DNA of 64,000 nucleotides, from contig CAXXJJ010000003.1 in NCBI GenBank assembly GCA_963667015.2, forward strand, positions 32,001 through 96,000. The letters are read 5' to 3'. Both the position numbers and the translations under genes were made by a program. Shown here in pieces: positions 38,832 to 49,136 of this stretch; within the stretch, counting starts at the first letter, position 1, and the number at the start of each line of letters is the position of its first letter. The notes under the pieces were generated by a model that saw nothing but the letters and a program-made list of their open reading frames with translations, was not told the origin of the DNA and ran no database searches. This DNA is from Desulfatiglandales bacterium. GTDB taxonomy: Bacteria > Desulfobacterota > DSM-4660 > Desulfatiglandales > HGW-15.

Positions 38832-38854
38832 TAGTGTATAGTGGCTAAATACTA
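38832..38854. promoter_or_regulatory. Near-palindromic operator (putative MarR site) in the methyltransferase promoter
   Basis: tagtgtatagtggctaaatacta within minus-strand TTGCAT-17-TACACT; matches 39332-39354. Confidence 0.65.
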
Positions 38855-38866
38855 TATGCAAAAAAA

Positions 38867-39325
38867 TTACTCCTTTGCCATTTGATAAAAAAGTTCCACC
38901 CTGTTCAGGACCTCATATAAAAAATCCTGTTTTTCATCTGATAGATCAGTGAAAAAGGCCTTAAAGCCTCCATCCATTGTTTCGTGCCAGTCCCTGTGTG
39001 AATAATAGGCAGTTTTTCCACGGGATGTAAGCTCCACAATGATTCTGGACAGGTTTGAAGGATCGGTCTCTTTTATTATAAAACCTTTACTTTCAAGCTT
39101 CTTAAGGGTTTGGGAAACAGCCCCCTTGGTTACTCCCATGAATTTTGCAAGATCCGTCACACTGAACTTTTTTTCATTATCGCCTATCAGTTCTATTAGA
39201 TGAATTTCACTGTTTGTCATGAGAAATTCTGTGCCGTAGTTTCTAGGCTTCTTTTCCAGTTCAACTGCCAGCTTTACTATCCTTGAAAATTTTTCATGCA
39301 GAATGTGTATATTTCCATGTTCCAT
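38867..39325 (-). CDS. MarR-family transcriptional regulator
   Basis: SEIHLIELIG...SVTDLAKFMGVTKGAVSQTLKKLESKGFI...VELTSRG; probable start ATG 39325. Confidence 0.92.
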   Translation of the reverse strand: MEHGNIHILHEKFSRIVKLAVELEKKPRNYGTEFLMTNSEIHLIELIGDNEKKFSVTDLAKFMGVTKGAVSQTLKKLESKGFIIKETDPSNLSRIIVELTSRGKTAYYSHRDWHETMDGGFKAFFTDLSDEKQDFLYEVLNRVELFYQMAKE

Positions 39326-39331
39326 AATGAG

Positions 39332-39361
39332 GAGCGTATAGGCTCTAAACACTAATGTCAA
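39332..39361 (-). promoter_or_regulatory. marR promoter (TTGACA-17-TACGCT) with operator copy
   Basis: Minus strand ttgaca-ttagtgtttagagccta-tacgct-cctcatt-ATG. Confidence 0.65.
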
Positions 39362-39391
39362 ATATTTTTTTAGAAAAATACTAAAAATTGT

Positions 39392-39432
39392 TTGACAAAG
39401 GATTCGGATATGATATTAGAGGATTCTAATAT
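39392..39432 (+). promoter_or_regulatory. Putative sigma70 promoter with palindromic operator TATTAG-N6-CTAATA (copy 2)
   Basis: TTGACA 39392-97, 16 nt, TATTAG 39414-19, CTAATA 39426-31. Confidence 0.65.
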
Positions 39433-39461
39433 ATATTGAATAGACTAAGTTAGGGTATTGA

Positions 39462-39547
39462 GTCTTACGGCATACGGCCTTTTTGTTAAAGGCGTGTAAC
39501 GAAGTGAAGGCGCAAATGGTAATTGGTTACCAGTTGCGCCTTTTTTT
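39462..39547 (+). promoter_or_regulatory. Conserved leader RNA with intrinsic terminator (candidate riboswitch/attenuator, copy 2)
   Basis: gtcttacggcatacggcc-tttttgttaaa-ggcgtgtaacgaagtg-aaggcgcaa...ttgcgccttttttt. Confidence 0.7.
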
Positions 39548-39623
39548 ATGTCTGTTCCGTTGTGCCGGCGATTGCCGGAAGAGATATTTCTACAGCGTAT
39601 GAACAGGGTAATCTGAGGAGGTA

Positions 39624-40073
39624 ATGATGAAAAAGATACTTATTATTTTCGGTTCAACAACAGGAAACACGGAGTATATGGCTAATATGATAGGAGAGGT
39701 CTTTCTTGATGCGGACATTTTAACAGAAGTCAAGAATGCAGCAGATACCAGTATCGAAAGACTGGGAGAAGAGGAAGATGTTCTTATTTTAGGATGTCCT
39801 GCCTATGGTCACGACAGTATAGAAATGCAGGAAGATTTTGATGAGCTTTTTGAAAGGATAGAAAATATCAGATTAAAAGGAAAACGGTTCGCGGCCTTTG
39901 CACCGGGAGACAGCACCTATGAATATTTCTGTGGATCAGTGGACAGGATTGAAGAAACAATGGAAGGCCTGGGAGCAGTTAAGATTGCGGATGGGCTCAA
40001 GATTGACGGCGCGCCAGAGGATTTTGAGGATGATATCAGGGAATGGGCAGAGGTAATTGTTTCAAGCCTGTAA
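39624..40073 (+). CDS. Short-chain flavodoxin
   Basis: GSTTGNTE, LGCPAYG, GDSTYEYFCGSVD, GLKIDG. Confidence 0.95.
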   Translation: MMKKILIIFGSTTGNTEYMANMIGEVFLDADILTEVKNAADTSIERLGEEEDVLILGCPAYGHDSIEMQEDFDELFERIENIRLKGKRFAAFAPGDSTYEYFCGSVDRIEETMEGLGAVKIADGLKIDGAPEDFEDDIREWAEVIVSSL

Positions 40074-40171
40074 CCTGTAAGGAAATTTTGAATAATGTCA
40101 TGCAGTGCAATGATAGGGAAAAATCCCTGTAACAATTTTTAAGTATCGGAAATTATGGAAAGGAGAAAAGA

Positions 40172-40993
40172 ATGAGGAAAAAAATAGTTATATCAGGATT
40201 GCTGATTAGCGCGGTATTTTTCTTTATAGAACAGGTATGGGCATGTCATCCCTGGATAAATGTAAATAACTACAAAGCAAAAACAAACAGCGCCATAAGA
40301 TTTCATATGGCATATGGCCATAATTTCCCATTTGGTCATAGTTTTTTTGACAACGATAAGGTTGAAAAGCTTTATATGCTTGCCCCTGACGGTAGTAAAG
40401 AGAACCCTGACCTGCGGCTTCTTGGAAAAGATAAATACAGCCAGACACAGTTTGAATCAAAAAACGATCTTACTGAAGGAACATACCTTATTGTGATGGA
40501 AAGTAAGGGTAATTTTATAGCCAAAACAGATAAAGGGTATCAGCGTAAACCAAAAAGTGAACTAAAAGAATTTAATGTCAAGGGCAGTGTCAAATACTCT
40601 CAGAATTTCTGTAAAGCTATTGTAAATGTAAATGGAAAAAGTTCTGTCGACAGTTACAGCAAGGTCCTGGGACATGGCCTTGAAATAGTGCCCCTGAAAG
40701 ATCCCGGCCAGTTGCGGACAAATGATACCCTTCCTATTAGGATTCTTCACAATGGTGAAAAAATAGATGAGTCCATAATGGTATATGCTACCTATATGGG
40801 ATTCAGCAATGAATCGGATGCCTTTGCATATACAGCATGGGCGTCATCCTCAAGGGATGGTGTAGCCCGGATCAGGCTTTTACAGCCTGGTATATGGATG
40901 CTGTTTGTTAACCACAAGTTTTCTTACCCTGATTCTGAGAAAGCGGACAAGTTCAGTTACCAGTCAACATTAACCTTTGAAGTCAAACCATGA
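40172..40993 (+). CDS. DUF4198-family periplasmic protein (metal-uptake associated)
   Basis: Signal peptide ending WA-CHPW, YGHNFP, GLEIVPLKDP, GVARI...PGIW, STLTFEV. Confidence 0.8.
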   Translation: MRKKIVISGLLISAVFFFIEQVWACHPWINVNNYKAKTNSAIRFHMAYGHNFPFGHSFFDNDKVEKLYMLAPDGSKENPDLRLLGKDKYSQTQFESKNDLTEGTYLIVMESKGNFIAKTDKGYQRKPKSELKEFNVKGSVKYSQNFCKAIVNVNGKSSVDSYSKVLGHGLEIVPLKDPGQLRTNDTLPIRILHNGEKIDESIMVYATYMGFSNESDAFAYTAWASSSRDGVARIRLLQPGIWMLFVNHKFSYPDSEKADKFSYQSTLTFEVKP

Positions 40994-41028
40994 AAGCTGA
41001 ATAAAATTAAAAACAGGAGAATTACGAG

Positions 41029-43092
41029 ATGAAAAAATTGTTTATAGGAACGATTTTGAGCATATTTGTCATGTCCTATACACCCGGACAGATGATCTTT
41101 GCTGATAATGATGAAACAGATGATGCCGTTAAAATGGAAAAGATCGTTGTAACGGCAAACAGGACTGAGACGCCCATGTGGGATCTTCCGGTAAGTGTGA
41201 CGGTAATAACGAGTGAAGATATAGAGAACATGCCTGCCACAACAGTGGATGATGTGCTTAACAAGGCACCCGGTCTTCAGGTCAGGAGAAACAAGGGCCT
41301 GGTCAATACAACAAGCCATACCACAATTTATATGAGGGGGACAGGCGACAGTTCAAGAGTGCTGGTCATGAAAGACGGTGTGCCTTTAAACAGTGCCTAT
41401 GGCGGAACTGTAAGCATATGGAATACCATTTCCCTTGAAAATATAGACAGAATAGAGATCGTAAGAGGCGCTTCGTCTGCCCTGTACGGATCAAGCGCAA
41501 TGGGCGGTGTGATAAATATTATTACAAAGAAACCCGATAAAAAGGTGTCGGGAAAGGTCAGTCTTGAAACCGGGTCTATGGATACCAATATCGGAAATGT
41601 ATATATAAGCGGATCAACAGATAAATTCGCAGTAAGGGCCTCTGCCGGACACAAGTCAACAAAGGGTTATGTCTATTATGAGGCCTCATCATGGAAGGAT
41701 TATTACAAAAAACCGGAAAGTAAACTGACCGACGGTTCAATAGGTTTTGATTTCCGGCTGGGAGAATCGATTTTAAGGCTGGACTATTCCCACATGATTG
41801 AAGATACCCTGAGTGCAACATCAACACAGTATGACGGTAAACAGACAAACAATGAATACATGATGAGTTGGGGGGTACCGGTCACCGGTGGAGACCTCAG
41901 TATAAAGTCATATTATTTTGATTCGGAAAGCACATCTGATGCAGATAAATATAATTCAACAACCGAAGATTTCGATGAGTATTACTATCTGTCCAGTATC
42001 CCCAAGGACGAATACGGGGTCATGCTGCAGTTTAACAGGAATTTCGGTATTCACAATATTTCCATAGGAAGTGATCTGAAATGGGCAAAATGTACATCCG
42101 ATTATGCATACGCAGAAGGTGACCGTGATTTCAGCGGAAAACAGGATTTCTATTCCCTGTTCCTGAGCGATGAAATGGGTTTTATGGATGAGAGGCTTAT
42201 CCTGAATGCAGGTATAAGGTACGACTACTGGGAAAACCACAGCGGAGAATTTTATGATTCAACAACCTCAACAATAAGGTCAATCGAATATCCGGATAAA
42301 TCCGACAATGCCTTTTCACCAAAGGCAGGGGCTGTTTACAAGGTTTCCGAAAAAACGAAACTGAGGGCCTCATTCGGAACAGGGTTCAAGGTCCCCTCCC
42401 TCTACGACCTCTATAAGTCAGGTCCTCACGGGTCAACCAAGTTTGACCTTGCCAATCCGGAGCTTGAAGCAGAGGAGATGAAATGGTCCTATGATGTTGG
42501 TTTTGATACAAAACCCAATGAAGACCTGAATATCAGCATGACCTTTTACAAGAGCATGTTTGAGAATTATCTTGGCAATAAAACCCTGGATGCCGACGAA
42601 GTACCATCATGGTTTTCTCCTGATGAGGGCATGGCGGTTATACAGCCGGTAAACCTTGGTGAGGTTGAGATATACGGTCTTGAAACAGGTATTGAATATC
42701 AGTTCAACAACATGTGGTCAGTCTTTATAAATCACACATATAATGTTTCAAAGATCACTAAAAACGAAGAAGACCCGGATGTTGAAGGAAACTACCTGTC
42801 CTACACACCCCGTCATATGACACGTGCGGGTGTTACCTATAATAATCCCGAACTCTTTTCCATTGGTTTATTTTTGACCATGGTGGGTGAACGGTATGGG
42901 GACCTGGAAAATACCGATACCAAAAAACTGGATGCCTATCAGATTGCGGATGTCAAGATATCACGGAAATTATTCTCGGGCACCGAGATATTCGGTTCCA
43001 TTAATAATGTCACAGATGAAGAATACAGGGAGTATTACACAACCCTGAATCCTTCCCGGACCTATATAGTTGGTATTAATTATAAATTTTAG
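41029..43092 (+). CDS. TonB-dependent receptor
   Basis: IVVTANRTE, RIEIVRGASSALYGSSAMGGVINIIT, ANPELEAE, terminal GINYKF. Confidence 0.93.
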   Translation: MKKLFIGTILSIFVMSYTPGQMIFADNDETDDAVKMEKIVVTANRTETPMWDLPVSVTVITSEDIENMPATTVDDVLNKAPGLQVRRNKGLVNTTSHTTIYMRGTGDSSRVLVMKDGVPLNSAYGGTVSIWNTISLENIDRIEIVRGASSALYGSSAMGGVINIITKKPDKKVSGKVSLETGSMDTNIGNVYISGSTDKFAVRASAGHKSTKGYVYYEASSWKDYYKKPESKLTDGSIGFDFRLGESILRLDYSHMIEDTLSATSTQYDGKQTNNEYMMSWGVPVTGGDLSIKSYYFDSESTSDADKYNSTTEDFDEYYYLSSIPKDEYGVMLQFNRNFGIHNISIGSDLKWAKCTSDYAYAEGDRDFSGKQDFYSLFLSDEMGFMDERLILNAGIRYDYWENHSGEFYDSTTSTIRSIEYPDKSDNAFSPKAGAVYKVSEKTKLRASFGTGFKVPSLYDLYKSGPHGSTKFDLANPELEAEEMKWSYDVGFDTKPNEDLNISMTFYKSMFENYLGNKTLDADEVPSWFSPDEGMAVIQPVNLGEVEIYGLETGIEYQFNNMWSVFINHTYNVSKITKNEEDPDVEGNYLSYTPRHMTRAGVTYNNPELFSIGLFLTMVGERYGDLENTDTKKLDAYQIADVKISRKLFSGTEIFGSINNVTDEEYREYYTTLNPSRTYIVGINYKF

Positions 43093-43101
43093 GACAGTAA
43101 A

Positions 43102-43839
43102 ATGATAACCGATTTCTGGGCAGCAGGCGTTTTATTCAGCATAGTGGTATTTGCAGTCAAGGCAGGGCTGGTGGCAGGTTCAATAAACATGAAGACACGA
43201 TGGATCATCGGGCTTGCCATGTTATATGGGGTAATCTCCCTGGTAATTGGGGTTATCCTCAAGATGTTAATCCCCCTTGATTATTTTGAATTCTTCCGGA
43301 AGTACATGGCACCGGGGGTGATAGTGCATCTCCTTTTATCCATAGGTCTTATAGCATGGGGTCTTTTTACGATGCAGCGGTCTATAAGGGAAAAAGATGG
43401 GCCGCACTCCGGTGCCGGTTATTTCCTGATGCTTCCATGCCCAGTATGTATGTTTGTCATGCTGCTCAGTTGTTCCGTATTTTCGGCTTTAACAGGAATT
43501 GATCCCATAAAGGCAGGTGCAATCATGGGAGCTGTCTTTATAATCCTGATCCCTGTTACTGCCCTGTATGCCGCGCATCTTGTGAGGCAGGGCCGTAAAA
43601 GCGGAAACAGTCACCTGCTGCTCGGGTTTATCCTGGCCATGACAGGACTCTATTTTGCAGTGTCCATAATTGTTATCCCCGTATACAGCAGGGTGAAGGC
43701 CCTGCTTGCAACAGGCACCATGGTCCGCGGAGAAGATGTTTCACCGGTTAAAATGGTAGGGCTTGTGGCTGTCGTGCTTATTGTTGTCCTCTGGGGATTT
43801 ATCGGAAACCATAAAAAATATAAAAAAAATAAAAAATAA
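43102..43839 (+). CDS. DUF2162-family membrane protein (HmuT-like)
   Basis: FAVKAGL, GVIVH, LPCPVC, GLYF; upstream of exbB-like/DUF2149/cobN. Confidence 0.8.
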   Translation: MITDFWAAGVLFSIVVFAVKAGLVAGSINMKTRWIIGLAMLYGVISLVIGVILKMLIPLDYFEFFRKYMAPGVIVHLLLSIGLIAWGLFTMQRSIREKDGPHSGAGYFLMLPCPVCMFVMLLSCSVFSALTGIDPIKAGAIMGAVFIILIPVTALYAAHLVRQGRKSGNSHLLLGFILAMTGLYFAVSIIVIPVYSRVKALLATGTMVRGEDVSPVKMVGLVAVVLIVVLWGFIGNHKKYKKNKK

Positions 43840-43853
43840 ACGAGGTGTAAACA

Positions 43854-44573
43854 ATGAATATTTTAAACCTGATGCAGGGGACTCTATACCTGATAATGAA
43901 TGCCCTGTTATATCCTGTTATCGCAGCGATCATTATTCTGGTTATCTGTACCTTGCTCAGCCTGGGCGGCTTTGTTTCCGAGTTTTTAATACGAAGAAGA
44001 AACTCGGGGAGTAATGAAGACCTCCACCTGGAAGAGCTTGCAGCCGGTATAGCCCGAGACACCCTGTCAGGCAATATTACCGATAATATTAAAAGGTATT
44101 CTATTCAGAACAGCTATATAAAAAAGTATGTGGAAGAACTGCTCGGGCAGGCATCTAAGGGTGTAAAGGGTCTTGCCATAAGGGTGGAAAAGCTTATCAG
44201 TACCCATGAAGGCCTGTCACGTAAAACACTGGATAAAACACGGCTTATGATCAGGGTAGGGCCAATGCTCGGGCTTATGGGTACTCTTATACCCATGGGG
44301 CCGGCCCTGCTTTCACTTTCAAAGGGTGATCTCACACAAATGGCTAACTGTCTTGTAATTGCATTCGGCACAACAGTATCAGGTCTTGCAGTAGGAGTAA
44401 TAGCCTACGTGATATCCGTGGTGAGGGAGCAGTGGTACACAAAGGACAGTGATGAAATGGAATACCTGTCGGATCTTGTGCTGGATAACATTGAAGGGGC
44501 AGGTGAAGTTGAAGATGATGACGCGGAACAGAAGATAAAGGTGCTGCCCGTATCAAGAGGCGGACAAAAATGA
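43854..44573 (+). CDS. MotA/TolQ/ExbB proton-channel family protein (HmuU-like)
   Basis: RVGPMLGLMGTLIPMGPAL...AFGTTVSGL. Confidence 0.9.
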   Translation: MNILNLMQGTLYLIMNALLYPVIAAIIILVICTLLSLGGFVSEFLIRRRNSGSNEDLHLEELAAGIARDTLSGNITDNIKRYSIQNSYIKKYVEELLGQASKGVKGLAIRVEKLISTHEGLSRKTLDKTRLMIRVGPMLGLMGTLIPMGPALLSLSKGDLTQMANCLVIAFGTTVSGLAVGVIAYVISVVREQWYTKDSDEMEYLSDLVLDNIEGAGEVEDDDAEQKIKVLPVSRGGQK

Positions 44574-44929
44574 GAGATACCCCTAAAAATAAGAGAAAAA
44601 ACCGCAGAATGACAAACCCCGTACATCAGGATGATCCTATGAGCGGTGTGGCCAACCTGTTTGATGTTGCTATGGTATTTGCAGTAGGGCTTATGGTGGC
44701 CATGGTAAGCGCCTATCATCTGCATGAGCTGTTCAGCGCTGATGAGCTTACCATGATCAAAAATCCCAATGAGCCCGGAAAGATGGAGATCATCTCAAAA
44801 AAGGGCAAAGAGATAAAGGTACAAAAAATGACAAAGGAGATGGCACAGGGGCAGGGTATGCGCCTTGGCACTGCCTATCGTCTGACTGACGGCAAGGTAG
44901 TATATATCCCGGAAGAGGAGGAAAGATAG
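44570..44929 (+). CDS. DUF2149-family protein (HmuV-like)
   Basis: DPMSGVANLFDVAMVFAV, IKNP....MEII.K.G, G.RLGTAYRL.DG.VVYIPE. Confidence 0.88.
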   Translation: MRDTPKNKRKNRRMTNPVHQDDPMSGVANLFDVAMVFAVGLMVAMVSAYHLHELFSADELTMIKNPNEPGKMEIISKKGKEIKVQKMTKEMAQGQGMRLGTAYRLTDGKVVYIPEEEER

Positions 44930-44930
44930 A

Positions 44931-47900
44931 ATGTTACGTAGCCTGTTTTGCATGTTTATGCTGGCATGTATGATAATGGCCTTACCAGGCACTGGAAGTG
45001 CAGGCCAGAAAAATAATATTATCTTTTATATAACGGACGGAAATACAAAGGTCCTGTCCGAAGGAATAGCAAAGTTTAATAAAGAGTTTCCAAAGGCGGC
45101 TTCCGGTTTAAAGGTAACCGTATTGGCGGAAAAGCAGCATGATAAAGAGACGATATCCAATAAACTGGCAGGCCAGGATGTTATTTTCCTGTATCATCTC
45201 GGGTACAAGTCCATGCTGGATATAGAGACAGACCTGAAGATCGCGCGACAGAATGGAACAAAGGTCATAGGTGTTGGCGGTTATGAAATCTTCAGGAAAA
45301 AAGGGTACTTTAATGTTGATGAAACAGAATACCCTGAACTCCATACCTACTGGCAATACAGCGGCACTGAAAACGTCAAAAGGCTTATTGCATATATTTT
45401 AAACAGGTTTTGCGGGGTTGACAGCCTTGAAATAATGGAGCCTGTTACACAGCCCCTTGACGGTATATACCATCCTGATGCGCCCGGTTCAGGGGTTTTT
45501 GATTCCTTTGCAGCCTATAGAACCTGGTATGAATCTTCCGGTCATAAAAAAGATGCCCAATGGGTAGGAATTACATCCTATAATATTCTAAAAACCGGGG
45601 ACGCAAAAATACCTGAAAGCCTTATCAGAAGCCTTGAGAAAAAGGGCATGAACGTGGTGTGTGCGATCGGCTACCCGGCAGATATGCTGATAGAAAAATA
45701 TATGCTGGCAGAGGGTCTTGAGATAGACCTGATGGTTTCGCTCATGTTTTCACACCCAAAGGAAAAGACACAGGAACTTCTCAACAGGCTCAATGTGCCT
45801 GTAATCAGGGCAATTGCACTATACAACAAGGTTGAAGACTGGCTGGAAAGCCCACAGGGCGTTGACGCGACACAGCTTGCTTCACAGATATTTCTTCCCG
45901 AGATGAGCGGCCTTATAGAACCGATCGTGGTTGGCGGCAAGCGCATATTTATTGATGAAAAAACCGGAATAAAGGTAACCGAAAGAATTCCCGTTGAAGA
46001 GAGGATAGGAAAGCTTTCAAAAAGGGCAGCATCATGGCTGCGTCTCAAGACCCTGCCTGTTGATAAAAAAAAGGTGGCGGTTCTTTATTACAATCATCAT
46101 ACAGGTAAACAGAATATAGGGGCCAGCTATCTTGATCTTTTTGCCAGCCTCCAGAACCTTGTAAAGGCCCTTAAAAAGGCCGGATATACCATGGGTGATG
46201 ACGTCCCCCTGAACAAGAAGATACTACAGGAAATGATTATCATGCAGGGCCGCAATATAAGCACGGCAGCGCCCGGTGAGCTCAAAAAGATGCTGGATAC
46301 CGGCAAAATAGAGCTGCTTCCCATAGAGCAGTATAAAAAATGGTATGCCGAACTTCCAGAGGAATTCAGAAAAGGTGTAGATGAAAAATGGGGTAATGTG
46401 GACAATACTACCCTCATGACATGGGAAGATAAGACCAAAAATAAAAAATATATTGTTCTTCCGGGACTTACATTCGGAAACATATTTGTAGGACCCCAGC
46501 CCACTCGTGGGTGGCTTGAGGAGTCTGATCACCTGTACCATGACGTGACCCTTCCTCCGCACCACCAGTATCTTGCCTTTTATCTGTGGCTCAAAAACAG
46601 GTTCAAGGTTGATGCGGTTGTCCACTTTGGAAAGCATGGAACCCTTGAATGGACACCCGGAAAGCAGGTGGGGCTGACTCAAAACTGTGCGCCGGATGTG
46701 CTCATGCAGGATATCCCGGATATCTACCCCTACCTGATAGATGATATTGGTGAAGGCACACAGGCAAAAAGAAGGGGTTATGGTGTGATTGTAGATCATA
46801 TGATACCTGCAATAAAGATGTCAGGGCTCTATGAAGAGTATGCCAGGCTTAATGAACTGATACCCCTTTATGAACAGGCAAAGGAACAGACTCCTGCTGT
46901 TGCGGAAAAGTACCAGGAGGAGATCCTTACAATGGTTTCCGAACTGGGTATTGCAAAGGATATAGGGATAAAACCGGGTAAAAATAATTTTACTCAAATA
47001 CTTGACGAACTTCATGACTACCTTGCAGAGATAAGAGGCGAGAGCATGCCATATGGACTTCATGTGCTGGGTAAATCACTGGAAGGCGAGAGCCTTGTAA
47101 GCATGGTGCGCGCCATGCTTGGTGTTGAGTCTGATATCCCTCCGGCACAGGAAATCATAGCCGTTGTCATGGGAATGGACTGGAAAAAGATAAAGAAACG
47201 TCCGGGAAAACATATAAAGGATATGGAGAAGGTGGATACCGTGTGTGAAGTACTTCTCTCAAAGGTTATCCTTGAAGGTATGCCCCTTGAAACGGCCATG
47301 AGCGCCAGCCTGGGTAAACAGTATTCAAAGGCTTCTTCTGTGAACAGGAAAAATCTAAGGACCATGCTGGAACGGAGCCTGGAATATGCCGAAGGCCTTG
47401 GGCAGTGTGATCAGGAGATCAGGAGTATCCTTAACGGGCTCAATGCAGGCTACATATCTCCGGGGCCTGGTAATGACCCTATACGTGATCCGGATGTGCT
47501 TCCAAGCGGAAGGAATTTTTACGGTTTTAATCCGGAGAAGGTACCTACCAAAGCATCATGGAAGGTGGGTAAAAAAATGGCCGATGATCTGATCGAGACC
47601 TATATGAAAAAGAACGGTCGCTATCCCCACAAAACCGCCCTGGTCTTATGGGCCACAGAGACTTTAAGACATCATGGTGTCATGGAGTCAAAGGCCCTGT
47701 ATCTTATGGGTGCAAGGCCCATATGGGACGGACGCGGGTCCATAAAGGGTGTAGAGCTTATACCCGAGTCAGAGCTTAAACGGCCGCGCATAGATATACT
47801 GGTTTCAGCATCAGGTCTTTACCGGGATGTATTTCCTATCCAGATAGGCCTGATCGATGATGCAGTACAGATGGTTATAAAGGAAAAGAAGGGCAAATAT

Positions 47901-49107
47901 GAAAATTTTGTCCGTCTTCATACACTTGAGGCAGAAGAACTGTTTATCAAAAAAGGGTACTCAAAGGAAGATGCTGCCCGGGCCTCAAGCTTCCGTATCT
48001 TCGGCGCCCCAAACCAGGGATACGGCACAGGCCTGGACAAGGCAATACCTGCCAGCGGATCATGGGAAAAGGAAGATAAACTGGCAGACCTTTACATGAA
48101 ACGGATGAACTATGCATACGGCAGAAACGTATGGGGTAAAAAGTCGGAAGATGCGTTCAAACAGGCCCTGAGCGGAACTGACCTTGTGGTGCACAGCCGT
48201 TCCACCAACCTGTTCGGTGTACTTGATACGGATGATTTTTATCAGTACATGGGCGGTCTTGCAATGGCAGTAAGAAACATTTCGGGCGAAACACCCGAGC
48301 TCTATGTTTCCGATGCTAAAAATCCTGCTAATCCAAAGATGGTAAATTTTGCAAAGTTCATGGGCCTTGAGACAAGGGCGCGCTACTTCAATCCAAAGTG
48401 GATCACCGGTATGAAAGAAAACGGTTATTCAGGTGCAAGGGAGATGGCAAAATTTGTAGAGCACCTCTGGGGATGGCAGGTGACTACTCCTAAAGAGGTT
48501 TCAAAGGAGATGTGGGAGCAGGCAGAGCAGGTATATGTTGAAGATAAATACGGTATGAAACTCAGGGAGTTTTTTAAAGAGAACAGCCCTTATGCATACC
48601 AGTCCATCACTGCAAGGATGATGGAGGTAGAAAGAAAGGGGTATCAGAAGTTTGATAAGGAGATGCTGGAAAAGCTGGCTGCCGAATATATCAAATCGGT
48701 TGCTGAAATGGGCGTGGCATGCAGTGAGCATATCTGTGACAACATAGCCCTTAACCAGTTTGCGGCAAATGTAATGTCTGTTCCGGGCATGGTCACAGCA
48801 TCAGAGATGAAAAAGTTTCAGCAGCAGGTAAAGCAGAGCACTGGCAAGGATGTTAAAAAACCGGAGTGGGTGGAAAAGGAAAAAAATGAAATAAAAAATG
48901 CCGATACTGCACCGGGTGAAAAACCTGATGCTACGGGAAAATCGGAAATAGAGGATGTAAAGGGATATGAGATGAAGGAAGAAAAAAAGGCGGAAAACTC
49001 GACCGGGATATCCTCATCCGGTGCTACAGCAGCGGCGGTTATTCTTGTCCTGGCTATTGTAGCCATTATAGGGCAGGGGTATCTGGAAGGGTATGAAGAA
49101 GGATTAA
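44931..49107 (+). CDS. cobN: CobN/Mg-chelatase-family protein with signal peptide and C-terminal membrane anchor (HmuS/BtuS-like); as sequenced reads through into HU (stop 49412)
   Basis: HFGKHGTLEWTPGK, GEGTQAKRRG, MPYGLHV, LPSGRNFY, RPRID, SGLYRD, RYFNPKWI; C-terminal TM helix. End given is the inferred native stop in the shifted frame. Confidence 0.85.
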
Positions 49108-49136
49108 ATAATATTAAAAAAGTAAGGAGAATAATC

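Noticed and set aside
39326..39361. Longer marR start (MTLVFRAY...)
   Set aside because: Its TTG is the -35 box and the extension spans the operator; the same applies to 38814-38861 for the methyltransferase.
39433..39623. Cobalamin riboswitch upstream of the cobN/TonB operon
   Set aside because: No recognisable B12-box or GGGAA/GCCACUG core; a different conserved leader is present.
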